Source: Thermanaerothrix solaris (GTDB lineage Bacteria; Chloroflexota; Anaerolineae; Anaerolineales; Anaerolineaceae). From it: a stretch of DNA of 24,000 nucleotides. The translations under genes and the position numbers were made by a program. The notes under the pieces were generated by a model. It saw only the letters and a list, made by a program, of their open reading frames with translations. It was not told where the DNA came from and ran no database searches. The DNA lies in the NCBI RefSeq assembly GCF_032334255.1, contig NZ_JAUHMF010000001.1:1766366-1790365 (forward strand). The letters run 5' to 3'. Of this stretch, positions 23,941 to 24,000 are shown piece after piece. Within the stretch, counting starts at the first letter, position 1, and every line of letters starts with the position of its first letter.

Positions 23941-24000
23941 ATGCTTGAAGTTCAACTGATCGGCAATCTAGGTCAAGACCCTGAAGCCCGCTACACGGCA
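23941..24000 (+). CDS. ssb: Single-stranded DNA-binding protein, partial (N-terminus only)
   Basis: ATG after AAGGAGTGAACC; translation MLEVQLIGNLGQDPEARYTA matches the SSB N-terminus. Runs off the window end. Confidence 0.85.
   Translation, partial: MLEVQLIGNLGQDPEARYTA

Overview
This 24 kb window looks like a chromosomal segment from a Chloroflexota-like bacterium (an inference from gene style and order). From left to right it holds: minus-strand housekeeping genes (partial recF, def, a cNMP-binding/PH-domain membrane protein, an M32 carboxypeptidase, a serA-like dehydrogenase); a DICT-like protein, a TspO-like protein and secreted lipoproteins; a single-domain chromate transporter, a NifU-like protein and a CRP-like protein; and a complete minus-strand cluster resembling E. 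coli sgc (DeoR regulator, unknown protein, PTS IIB, PTS IIC, M42 peptidase, BtpA/SgcQ, ribulose-phosphate epimerase, PTS IIA). These are followed by a plus-strand membrane protein/wHTH/ABC transporter operon, a tRNA-Lys, and an accessory-looking region (about 20.8-24 kb). The most interesting part is 21.34-22.25 kb. There, a tandem-HTH gene ends in an intrinsic terminator. It is followed by a strong extended -10 promoter whose -35 box lies inside a 28-bp perfect-arm palindrome. Downstream is about 830 nt of non-coding, highly structured sequence: three back-to-back perfect hairpins, a terminator-like hairpin, two tRNA-T-arm-like modules, and two 22-nt copies of a hairpin (GTGACAGCCSGGAGAGACSGGC) whose only two differences are exactly compensatory. 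A 12-bp closed domain and a tRNA-Met(CAT) follow. I interpret this as a candidate large structured ncRNA or ncRNA cluster with its own regulated promoter. No CRISPR array, transposase or integrase was seen.
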